From assembly GCF_009914755.1 (NCBI RefSeq), contig NC_060940.1: a stretch of 64,000 nucleotides of DNA. One strand, given 5' to 3'. How positions within the stretch are numbered: the stretch's first letter is position 1; every line of letters begins with the position of its first letter. Position numbers and translations under genes: made by a program. Source of the stretch: the human T2T-CHM13v2.0 reference genome, Homo sapiens. The notes beneath the pieces are model-generated. The model saw nothing but the letters and a program-made list of their open reading frames with translations. It was not told where the DNA came from and ran no database searches. Of this stretch, positions 54,176 to 64,000 are shown piece after piece.

Positions 54176-55919
54176 ATGTTTGACTTTGGTGAGCAATGAA
54201 TGGGAGGGGAGGGGAGTCTCAGTCATGCCCCAGCCCCTCACAGCCCACCCTCCTCCCAGGGCCTTGGCCTCTCTGCCGACACCAGGCAGTCAGCCCAGCC
54301 TGCAGCTGTGAGCTCCGGGTGGGAGGCTGGACCCACTGGCTCCTGCCACTGCAGCTGAAAAGCATTTCCAGTTTACAGCAACCTAATTATTCAACCCTCC
54401 TTTGGATGGGGAAAGCTCGGGGAGGGAAGACATGGCTGCTGGTCCAAGCAGATTCAGACTCTAGAGGACAGGCTTTTGGATGGGAGTCCTGGGGTGTGTG
54501 GAGGTGGCTGGGCCAGGGTTGGGGGGTTCGAGGTGGAGTGGCTCCCCCTTGCCTGCAACGTCTTAGGCTGGGGCTCTGCTGGGGCATGAGGGCACAATGC
54601 CAGGCTGGGTGGCGAGGGGGTGGGCTTGGCTGAGATGCTGGCCCACACGGCCCAGCTGCTCAAGCCCTGGAAGCCAGTGTGGGGCTGGGCAGAGGAGGGG
54701 CAGAATCTCTGGGGAGGGGATGGACAGGCAGAGTCCTGGGGCTGCCTGGTCCCAAGCGGACGCTGCCTGGGGTGCAGGGACCGACACCCTCTGACCCTGT
54801 CTTGGCCTCTTTTCCAAGACTCATGGGGCTGGCAGGGCTGGGGGTCTGAGGCTGTCGACCACAGAATTGACCTTCAGCTGTCTGGAGGAGCCAGTCTGGG
54901 GACTGTGAGGAGTGGGGAGCCAGAGGCTACTGCCAGGCCTTGAAACCGTGGCTTAGGAGGGGCTCCTGGGTTCTGGAGGGCCACGGGGAGTGAGGGGATG
55001 CATGGTTAGTCCTGGGCCAGTTCAGCATCAGCCACGTAGCGTCTCTCACACTCTCAACCTCCCTGGAGGTGCAGATGGGGAAACTGAGGCTTGGCGCCAT
55101 GCAGGTCGGAAGTGGTGGGGCCCACGTTCTCGGCTGGCCTATGCCACTGCTGTGGACAGAAGCCAGTGAGGAGGCGGAGGTGATGGGCCTGGCCAGAACC
55201 CTGTCCTGAGGCCCCCACAGCCGCCAGCCCAGGGTGCCACTGAGCAGGGACATGGCCTACGTCCCATCTTCCTGGCATGGGCCTCAGTGGACAACGGGGC
55301 CCTGTCAGGAGCTGAGTGAGTGGACAGGAGGGGAGGGGGAGAGCCTGAGGGGTTGAGGACCCCACCACCACCATCATTAACCCCCCAAGGCCAGTCGTGG
55401 AGGCAGGGAGGGCACACTGGCCGCTGCTGGGGTGGGGACCTTAAATTTCCTCACTGCCCCCACCCCAAGAGCGTCTGCACTTATTAGGTGCCTCCTGTGT
55501 GCCTGTGCCTGGCTGCCTGGCGGGGCCTCCACCTATGGGATTGCTCTGCAGTCCTGCGACTGGGGCCTCGGTCACTGCCCCTACACCAGGGCACCAAGGC
55601 CTGGCGGGAAGAGGCCCCGGGGAACACAGTGGGACTCCCCAGGAGCTCCGTCAGCCTGAGGTGCCCTTGAGTCACCAGAAGGGCCTGGGAGCGGGTGCAC
55701 AGAGCCCGGCCAGCTTCCTCGTCGCTCCCTCCTCCTCTGCAAATGAGCTCCTGGCACTGAGACCTTGCCTGGAGTCTGACCCTGATCGGGGCCCCACGGG
55801 GCTGAACAAGACATGAGCTCTGCCCGTACTGTCCCTGTGTGTGGCTGCTCCTCTGGGGGTCTGGGAGCGGGGAGGGACCCAGAAAGCCTTCTTCCTCCCC
55901 CTCCAGCCTGAGGAATCCC

Positions 55920-56101
55920 TGAAGGAGGGGTTCCCCGGGGAGGGGTGTGGGGGACACCGCCCGGGGGAGCTTGGTGCTGTGAAGGAGGGGTTCCCCGGGG
56001 AGGGGCGTGAGGGACCACAGCCCTGGGAGCTTGGTGCTGTGAAGGAGGGGTTCCCCGGGGAGGGGCCTGAGGGGCCACTGCCTGGGGGAGCTTGGCACTG
56101 T
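55920..56101. repeat. 60-bp tandem repeat x3
   Basis: gaaggaggggttccccggggagggg at 55921, 55981 and 56041. Confidence 0.95.
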
Positions 56102-57239
56102 GCCCTGTCCTGGATGTGGGTTTCTGCAGTTTCTGCCCCCGAGGGGCCTTGGTGGAGGCTCCATCTTCAGAGCCAGAGACCCCCGGATGGTGATTCTCCC
56201 ACTGCACCCTTCCAGGGCAATGAACTGCACCCAAGAGCGGCCCACGCCGTCCCATGTCCCTGCGGTCCAGCGCTCCCGTGGGGCCCCACCTGCCATCCCC
56301 CCAGTAGGGTCCTGCCCACACTGGCTGCACCCTGATCTGTCCCCCACTCCTCAAGGGACTCTCCTTGTGTGTGCTGTGGGCAGCGCAGGGGTCAGTGTGG
56401 TTTCTTGCCCAGGGTATCCTACCTGGGGTTCTGTCAGGGAGTCCCTGCCCCCACCTAGGAACCTCAAAGCTTAGGGGACACACTGTAGCTGGGACGGGGC
56501 TGTCACTCCCCAGGGGCCAGGAGCCCCGTGTGTGGGCAGCCAGCCGAGGCAGCAGCGGGCAGAGACATGCAGGGAAGTGGCCCTGCGGCCATGACTCATC
56601 TCAGCTCTCAGCTGATGGTGCTCGGCAGCTCCTGAGCCTGGAGCCTGTAACCTGTATCCCCTGCCCCCCACCTCCGTGTCCTGGAGCCAGGTCTTCAGCA
56701 CGCTGGTGATTAGGAGGCCCCACTCCCTCCTCGCCCGCTCCAAGGAAGCACCCGCCGCCTCCCAGCCAGGATGATCCCGGAATCCTAGAGTTGCCCAAAT
56801 CAGGAGGGAGCCAGGAATCCCGACGCCGTGGGGTGGAGGGGGGTGCCTGGGGCCGCTCGTGGGGGGTGGGGTGGAGGGGGGTGCCCCAGGCTGCTCATCG
56901 GGGGCAGGAGGAGCCTGCGGCTGGGACGGGATCCGCCTGGAGACTGCCAGCCCTCCCGTGCCGCTTTGGGGATTCAGGAGATTACGTACAGTTGTTTGTG
57001 GTTTGTCTTTGGTAATTGCCAGTTGCGGCCTGTGGCTGAAAGAAGCCGAAATCAGAGGTAGGGACAGATCCTGAGCTGGTAGTGCCAGGAAGGTCCCGGT
57101 CCCGGTCAGGCCTGGGCCCATGAAGTGGGTAACTGCTGTGAGGGGGCTCAGCCTCTGCCTCCTGACCTGGGGAAGCCAGCAGCCATGTCGGGAGGGCCCA
57201 GACAGCGCCATGGAGGGGCCATGTGTAGGGGCCAAGACC

Positions 57240-57455
57240 TCCTGACTCCCAGCACTGATGGAAGAGGGCAAGGTGGACCCCAGGTAGGGCTCCCCCAGCC
57301 CCAGGCCAGCCTTCAGGTGACCTCGGCCCTGGCTGACAGCTTGATGGTAATGTCTCCCTAAGCCACACCACCCAGCCAAGCCCTTCTCGATTCTCAGACC
57401 TCAGAGGCCGTGTGAGACAGCGAGGTCTTCAATTGTTTAAAGCAGCTGCATTTGG
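57240..57455 (+). mobile_element. Older MaLR LTR 3' part (MLT1F-H-like)
   Basis: cccagccccaggccagccttcaggtgacctcggccctggctgaca...ccacccagccaagcc...gattctcagacctcagag...tgtgaga...ttgtttaaagc. Confidence 0.65.
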
Positions 57456-57782
57456 GAGCACCCAAAACAAAATACCACAGACGGGGCAGCTCACATAGCA
57501 GACATCGCTCCCCTCACCGCACTGGAGCCTGTGAACCAGGGTGGGCTTCTCCCGCCGTCTCCTCCTGGTTCACATATGGCGCCTTCCCAGGTCCCCACAG
57601 GCCTCTCCTCTGTGTGCGCGTCTCCAGCCCTCTGCTCCCTGGAAGGGCACTGTGAGGCTGCATTAGGCCCCCGGAAGGCCTCGTTTTAAAAGAATTGTGT
57701 CTTTAACGGCCTGTCCTCAAGTACAGTCACATGCGGAGGTGCCAAGGGCTGGGACCTCTGGGGAGACACACTCAGCCCACGG
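57456..57782 (-). mobile_element. MLT1A/B-like LTR
   Basis: aacaaaataccacagacgggg...ccttcccaggtccccacaggcctctcctctgtgtg...cattaggccc...tacagtcacat...cactcagcccac. Confidence 0.65.
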
Positions 57783-59139
57783 CAGCAGCAGAGGCTGACG
57801 CTCCCACCACCCTGCCTTCTGCTCCAGCCCTGGCTCCTGGGGGCTTCTTTCCACGAAGCCTCACGTCGCCGGCTGCTCTTTCAGGGGCGCCCCACGTCTG
57901 CTTGACCCCGTAGCCCATCACACGCACCAGCGTTCTTTCATTTACTCAACCAAGGGTGAGGGCAGTTCCCTCAATAGCTGCCCCGCTCGGACCCTGGCAT
58001 TGTCCCTGCGTGACGATGTCCTGGTCGCCTGTGAGCTCCCGGGCGGCTTCTCGGGGGAGTTGCTCTGCAGCCCACGCCGGGGGTTCTCCTGGGACCCCGT
58101 CCTCAGGGGCGCCAGGCATTGAAGCAGCCTCGGTCAGAATCTACCCTGCCGCTTCCGGCCCCGCAACACAGGCAGTTCGCACCGCGTCCGGGGCCGGAAG
58201 AGCCACTCAGCCCTCATGCTCCACTTGTGAATTCCACTCACTCACCCATTCACACAGGCGCTCATTCACGGAGCCCCCCGCGGGGCTGCACTGCACCAGG
58301 CACGGCCCTGAGTCCCCTGGGCTCTGCCGCACGGAGCTTGCTTCTTGGTGTGAACTACAACCTGGTCCTCTGAAGGTCCCTCAGGATTTTCCAGATAAAG
58401 GGCTTCTAGCCAAATGACCCGGGGAAATACAGGTTACGCAGCGCTAGCTGGACCTGTCAGTGCAGGCCTTATCAGAGCCTTGAGTGTTCGAATGGGTACC
58501 AGGCAGATTCAGAGGGAGGCAGAGCCATGGGCTGCTTGGGAATGTCTGTCCTCTGCGTGTATCAGGCCGGGTTGAGGGGGTGGCACCATCCCTGCTGCGG
58601 AACGAGAGGCAGGCAGGTGTCCCAGACTACTTCCTTGTCGCTTCTGGAAGCTTGTGCCTCCAGCCCAGCCCTGCATGGAGAGAAGGAACCGGCCCACCCC
58701 GGCTGCATCCCTGGGGCCGGCCTGGTCCCACCTAGGTCTCAGTGTTCCCTCTGAACCAGGGGCTGGGACCTTCTCTAGGACCCCTGGCCCTGCCACTCTG
58801 TCATCACTGGCAGGAAAGGGGTGCTAACCCCAGCTAGCGTCCCCTCAGTCCCCGCCCCCAGGCAGTCATACGCACACACGTGCAGAGACACGCAGGTGGA
58901 CACGCACACACATGCACACGCTGACTGCCCTGGCTCCAGGCTCCGTCCATCCAGGGACCCTGAAACTGCCCAGGGCCTGTCCCAGTCTTTCCAGCCCTGC
59001 CCATGCTCGGGGATCTGCTGGGTCCCAGAACTTCATGGAACTCTCCAGACATCCTGCTCCCTGCCCCTAAAACTCCAAGGTGGGGCCATGTCCAGGTTTC
59101 CCCACCACGGGCTGCTGAAGCACCTACGGCTGGCACCTC

Positions 59140-59255
59140 CCTTTCCAGATGGGGAAACTGAGGCAGGGGCCGAGTGATGTCCCCCCATGTCAGGACCAGA
59201 GCGCAGCAGAGCCGGGACTCAAACCAGGCTGCCTTCGAGTCTGGGGTCTTAAGCC
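59140..59255 (-). mobile_element. MIR fragment
   Basis: tttccagatggggaaactgaggc...gcagagccgggactcaaaccagg. Confidence 0.7.
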
Positions 59256-59729
59256 CCATGGAGCCCTGGGCAGCCCACACCCTCGCAGGCTGGACCTTGC
59301 GGGAAGCAGCTCTCACACCTGGTGAGACACTCACCTGTGAGGCCCCGGGCCTTCCTCACTCTCAATTCTCACGGGAGCCCAGAGATAAGGTTCAGAAAGG
59401 TTACGTAGCTCAGCCAAAGTCACACAGCTGGTCTGACGCAAGTCTCACAAAAGCCAGTTTCATTACCTGAACGTGGTGAAGCCTCTGTCTTTGGGTCTTA
59501 AGGGCAAAAAAAACAAAAAAACAAACAAAAAACTAAACAAACAAAAAAAAAAACGTTGAGGAGGAAAGAGGCGACCTGTGCCCGGGACCCGGGCCTTGGG
59601 GCCCCGAGAGGTGGAGGTGGTCCCATTCCAGTGAGGGCAGTGGACGTGCCGGGGTCTTCTGGGGCCCAGAGGCTGGAAACGTCCTTCCAAGAGAACAGCC
59701 AGGCCCAAGTTGCCACAAGCCTGGCCCCG

Positions 59730-60135
59730 CTGAGGTTCACGCCGAGGTCCCCCCCGAAGTTCCCCCCTGAGGGCCCCCCAAGGTTCGGCTCTGAGGTTCC
59801 CCCCAGAGGATCCCCCCCGAGGTTCCCGCCGAGGCTCCCCGCCGAGGATCCCCCCTCAAGGTTCCCCCCGAGGTTCCCGCCAAGGTCCCCGCCAAGGTTC
59901 CCGCCGAGGTTCTCCCCGAAGTTCTGCCCGAGGTCCCCACCGAGGTCCCCGCCGAGGTTCCCCCCGAGGTTCCCCCCGAGGTCCCTGCCAAAGTCCCCAC
60001 CGAGGTTCCCTCCGAGGTTCCCGCCGAGGTCCCTCCCCGAGGTTCCCCCCGAGGTCCCCGCCAAGCTCCCCACCGAGGTCCCCACCGAGGTTCCTGCCGA
60101 GGTCCCCCCGAGGTCCTGCTGAGGTTCCTGCCGAA
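59730..60135. repeat. ~12-bp CCGAGGTTCCCC minisatellite (~33 copies)
   Basis: Repeated ccRaggtYcccN units. Confidence 0.95.
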
Positions 60136-60383
60136 GCCCCAACGTGTGATTAGGAAAGCGGGGCTTTGGCTGTGGGACCACAGAGCCCCAGTAGGAGCCC
60201 CCGCCCCAGCACAGTGAACCCAGGACAACGTCGGGGCTGCCTGAGTGCCAGCGCCCCTGTCCCCAAGCTGGGGTGCCCCTCACCCCACACCAAGGAGGGA
60301 ATGTGGCCCGGCTCCCAGCCCTGTGCCTGCACAAGCCTCTGCCCTGTCCCAAGTCATGTCCTGCTTCTGTGACCCTCCTCTGC

Positions 60384-61150
60384 CCAGACCCCCAGCTCCC
60401 ACGTCCTCCCCAGACCCCCAGCTCACACCTCCTCCCAGACCCCCAGCTCCCACCTCCTCCCAGACCCCCAGCTCACACCTCCTCCCAGACCCCCAGCTCA
60501 CACCTCCTCCCTGAGACCCCCAGCTCACACCTCCTCCCCGAGACCCCCAGCTCCCACCTCCTCCCAGACCCCCAGCTCACACCTCCTCCGAGACCCCCAG
60601 CTCACACGTCCTCCCAGACCCCCAGCTCACATCTCCTCCCCGAGACCCCCAGCTCACACCTCCTCCCCGAGACCCCCAGCTCCCACCTCCTCCCAGACCC
60701 CCAGCTCACACCTCCTCCCAGACCCCTAGCTCACACCTCCTCCGAGACCCCCAGCTCACACCTCCTCCCAGACCCCTAGCTCACACCTCCTCCGAGACCC
60801 CCAGCTCACACGTCCTCCCAGACCCCCAGCTCACATCTCCTCCCCGAGACCCCCAGCTCACACCTCCTCCCCGAGACCCCCAGCTCACACCTCCTCCCAG
60901 ACCCCCAGCTCCCACCTCCCAGACCCCCAGCTCCCACCTCCTGCCAGACCCCCAGCTCACACCTCCTCCCAGATCCCCAGCTCCCACCTCCTCCCAGACC
61001 CCCAGCTCACACCTCCTCCCAGACCCCCAGCTCATACCTCATCCCAGACCCCCAGCTCCCACCTCCTCCCCAAGACCCCCAGCTCACACCTTCTTCCCTT
61101 GAGACTCTCAGCTCCCACCTCCTCCCCAGACCCCCAGCTCCCACCTTCCC
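60384..61150. repeat. ~25-27-bp C-rich minisatellite
   Basis: Unit cccagacccccagctc(a/c)cacctcct; G-rich on the minus strand. Confidence 0.97.
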
Positions 61151-61356
61151 CTGACACCTCCCAAGCTCCCACTTTTCCCCAAGGGTCCCCCTCTCGTTAT
61201 CACTGGATCCTCATCCTCTGAGGCCTTCTTTCCTGGGCTCTGTCCTGGTTCCCCATCCCCTGGCAGCCTGGGAGCTCCAGCAGGGAAGGGCAAGGCCTGG
61301 GATACCTCTGCCCTGGGTGCCAGGCCTAGGGCACACTTGCTTCATGGACCACCCTG

Positions 61357-61573
61357 GGATCACTTGGGCCTAGGATTTTGAGGCCAGCCTGGCAACATAG
61401 GCAGACCCCATCTCTACCAACAACAACAACAAAAAATTAGCCAGGCGTGACTAGTCCCAGTTACTCAGTAGGCTGGGGCAGGAGAATCCCTTGAATCCAG
61501 GAGGCTGAGGTTGCAGTGAGCCAAGATGGCACCATTGCACTCCAGCCTGGTGAACAAGAGCAAAACTCCATCT
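61357..61573 (+). mobile_element. Degenerate partial Alu, no tail
   Basis: ggatcacttgggcctagg...ccagcctggcaacatag...(CAA)n linker...gcactccagcctgg...actccatct. Confidence 0.9.
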
Positions 61574-62099
61574 GTGCTTGGTGTGAGGTAGGGATCTAGC
61601 TCTATGTGTATGTGACGGACAGAAAGTCATCCCCATGGTGTGGTCACTGTGGGGTCTGTCCCCTCCTCCACCGAGCCCCAGTGCGCCAACTGCCCCATCT
61701 GCTTGGTCCATTACTGAACTCTCTGTTCTGTTCCATCAACTCAAATCAACCTACAAAAATGGCTGTAATCAGCCTGGGTATGCGTGACCCCAAAACAGCT
61801 GGTTAATTCCCTGAAAAGAATTGAGTGCCAGATGTGGGGGATCGTGTAACCTGAGGGCTGCTTCTCTACTTTCAGTTTTGGCCGGGGTGGGAGTTCTAAT
61901 AATCACTCATTTGCTGCTTTGCAGGCAGACACTCACTGCATGCCTCCAGGGTGTCAGGCACCAGGATGGGCCATGGTGGGTGGAGCTTAAGAGCAGTACA
62001 CACTGGAAGGCAGGGAGGGATTGACAATGCGGCAAAAACACACGCCAGGTCATTTTTGTGAGGGACAGGCACTACTGAGAAAACCACACGATGTAGGCA

Positions 62100-62215
62100 C
62101 AGGTGGCTGTCAGGGAGGGCTTCTTGGAGGAAGTGATCTTTTTGTCTGGGTCTGATGGATGAGATGGAGTTCACGAGCGAAGATCTAGGGTGGAGGAATT
62201 CCAGGAATAGCAACT
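62100..62215 (-). mobile_element. L2 fragment
   Basis: gtcagggagggcttcttggaggaagtgat...ggatgagatggagtt...attccagg. Confidence 0.55.
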
Positions 62216-62823
62216 AAAACGGTCCCGCAGCAGGAATGGGCATTGCGTGGACACTACCGGTGGTGCTGGAGCTGGGAGGGAGGTGGGGGCTGCAGAGAAG
62301 CAGGCAGGGCCAGCCCACCAAGGAGAAAGCCTTCAACGGGTGGGGCGGGTGGCGTGGACACTAGGACCTCGCCACGTGGCTGCCTCGAGCCAGAGCACTG
62401 TGGGGAGGACCCTCCCTTCTGCATCGCCGGTGCCACAGTGGGAGGAAGGTTTATCCACCGAAGTCCAGGCCGGCCCATCCCCATCCCGCCCCTTCCTGGT
62501 GCTGCTCCAGCTCCAGAGCCTGCAGCTCCCCAGTCAGCACTTGGGGGTCAGACCCTGGCCCAGGCCACGTTTGCCCCCACGGCCCCAGGATGCCCGGTCC
62601 TTGCCTCCCTGGAAAGCCCAACCCTCTGCCCGCCCCTCGGCCAGCAGAGCCTTTCACGGAACTGGAGGACACCTGGCTGAGCTGCCTGGAAGGTCTGCAG
62701 CTCACAGCCTGAGGGGACGCCTGGAGCTGGCTCAGCACAAAACAGGATGTGCCTGATGCTGAGTTCGCAAAACTGCGCATGAGCACGGGCGGCTGAGAGC
62801 AGCAGGAGGACCGGGGCCGTGCA

Positions 62824-63426
62824 GGGGGGCGGTCAGGGACCCCTCGGGTCAGCCTTGGGGCCGTTCCGGGGGGTGTTCAGGGACCCCTCGGGTCAGCCTT
62901 GGGGCCGTTCTGGGGGGTGGTCAGGGACCCCTCGGGTCAGCCTTGGGGCCGTTCCAGGGGGGTGGTCAGGGACCCCCTCGGGTCAGCCTTGGGGCCGTTC
63001 CGGGGGGTGGTCAGGGACCCCTCGGGTCAGCCTTGGGGCCGTTCTGGGGGGTGGTCAGGGACCCCTCGGGTCAGCCTTGGGGCCGTTCTGGGGGGTGGTC
63101 AGGGACCCCTCGGGTCAGCCTTGGGGCCGTTCCAGGGGGGTGGTCAGGGACCCCTCGGGTCAGCCTTGGGGCCGTTCCGGGGGGTGGTCAGGGACCCCTC
63201 GGGTCAGCCTTGGGGCCGTTCCAGGGGGGTGGTCAGGGACCCCCTCGGGTCAGCCTTGGGGCCGTTCCGGGGGGTGGTCAGGGACCCCTCGGGTCAGCCT
63301 TGGGGCCGTTCTGGGGGGTGGTCAGGGACCCCTCGGGTCAGCCTTGGGGCCGTTCTGGGGGGTGGTCAGGGACCCCTCGGGTCAGCCTTGGGGCCGTTCT
63401 GGGGGGTGGTCAGGGACCCCTCGGGT
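62824..63426. repeat. ~44-bp VNTR x14
   Basis: Unit ggggggtggtcagggacccctcgggtcagccttggggccgttcY. Confidence 0.97.
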
Positions 63427-63659
63427 GGGTCTTAGGGACCGTGCAGGAAGACAGTCAGGGACAAGCGATGGCTTGGTACCCTCCGTAGCCCGAAGCCGGC
63501 CGGCAGGGAGCTCTGGGCAGCTGTCCACAGACCTGGGGGAGCCCTGTCCTAAATGGACAGCGGGGTCCCCGCCAGGCCCAGCTCCCGCCTCTCCCAGGCC
63601 TGGGGGCAGTGGGCAGTTGGCCACTTCAGCCGCTTTGCTGTGGTCCAGGCAGGCGGGGA

Positions 63660-64000
63660 CCCTCAGGGCCCCAGCGGGGCATCAGGGTGTTCGGGAGGCG
63701 GCGCCGGCTGTGAGTGGGGCCCTGGGCCGGCGGTGGCGGGGGCGCCGGTTTTCTCGGCATTAAGCCTGGCTCCGCTCTGCCGGCTGTGGAATTCCTGGTC
63801 TGATCCGTCTCCAGATTGGCCCTGGAAGAAATTGGGGGAGAATCGATTTGTGCCACGTTCTAGCAGCACGGCCTCATCATGACAGACGCCAGGCAACCAC
63901 GGGCAGGGAGCCCCCCGCCCTCCTCCTGGGACCCCTGGGCTCCTCGCTCCCCTGCCCCACCCCCTTCCCGCCCCCACGCCCCTGGCCGGCCTGCTGGCGC
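63660..64000. promoter_or_regulatory. CpG-rich region at the window edge (possible regulatory element)
   Basis: Rising CpG density, ATTGG (reverse CCAAT) ~63815, and CCGCCC GC boxes; truncated by the window end. Confidence 0.35.

Noticed and set aside
59505-59553. A-rich tract as the tail of a processed pseudogene
   Set aside because: No recognisable retrocopy body, poly(A) signal or target-site duplication upstream.

Overview
This is GC-rich mammalian genomic DNA, almost certainly human subtelomeric 16p13.3. It holds the complete three-exon SOX8 gene on the + strand (CDS 723-1144, 2528-2760, 3501-4186; 1341 nt = 446 aa + stop), with a CpG-island promoter that looks bidirectional and a 3' UTR ending near 5780. 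The remaining ~58 kb has no credible protein-coding gene. It consists of Alus, old MaLR/MLT1 LTRs, L1M/L2/MIR/MER fossils, an unusually dense set of minisatellites and two (CCAT)n arrays. Two AT-rich, motif-dense islands (~9.8-10.1 kb and ~38.0-38.45 kb) look like developmental enhancers. Nearly all long entries in the ORF track are artefacts of high GC, repeats and non-ATG starts. I found no evidence of a wholly new multi-gene system. The best leads are: a 45-copy 24-bp VNTR born inside a MER2 transposon that itself sits in an L1; several other tandem repeats seeded by transposons; an FMR1/NOTCH2NLC-like (GGC)9 5' UTR repeat whose poly-Gly frame stays open across the SOX8 exon 1/2 junction; a mirror-symmetric divergent core promoter; and strongly GC-shifted ancient repeats. 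Repeat family names come from remembered consensus sequences, not a database search.
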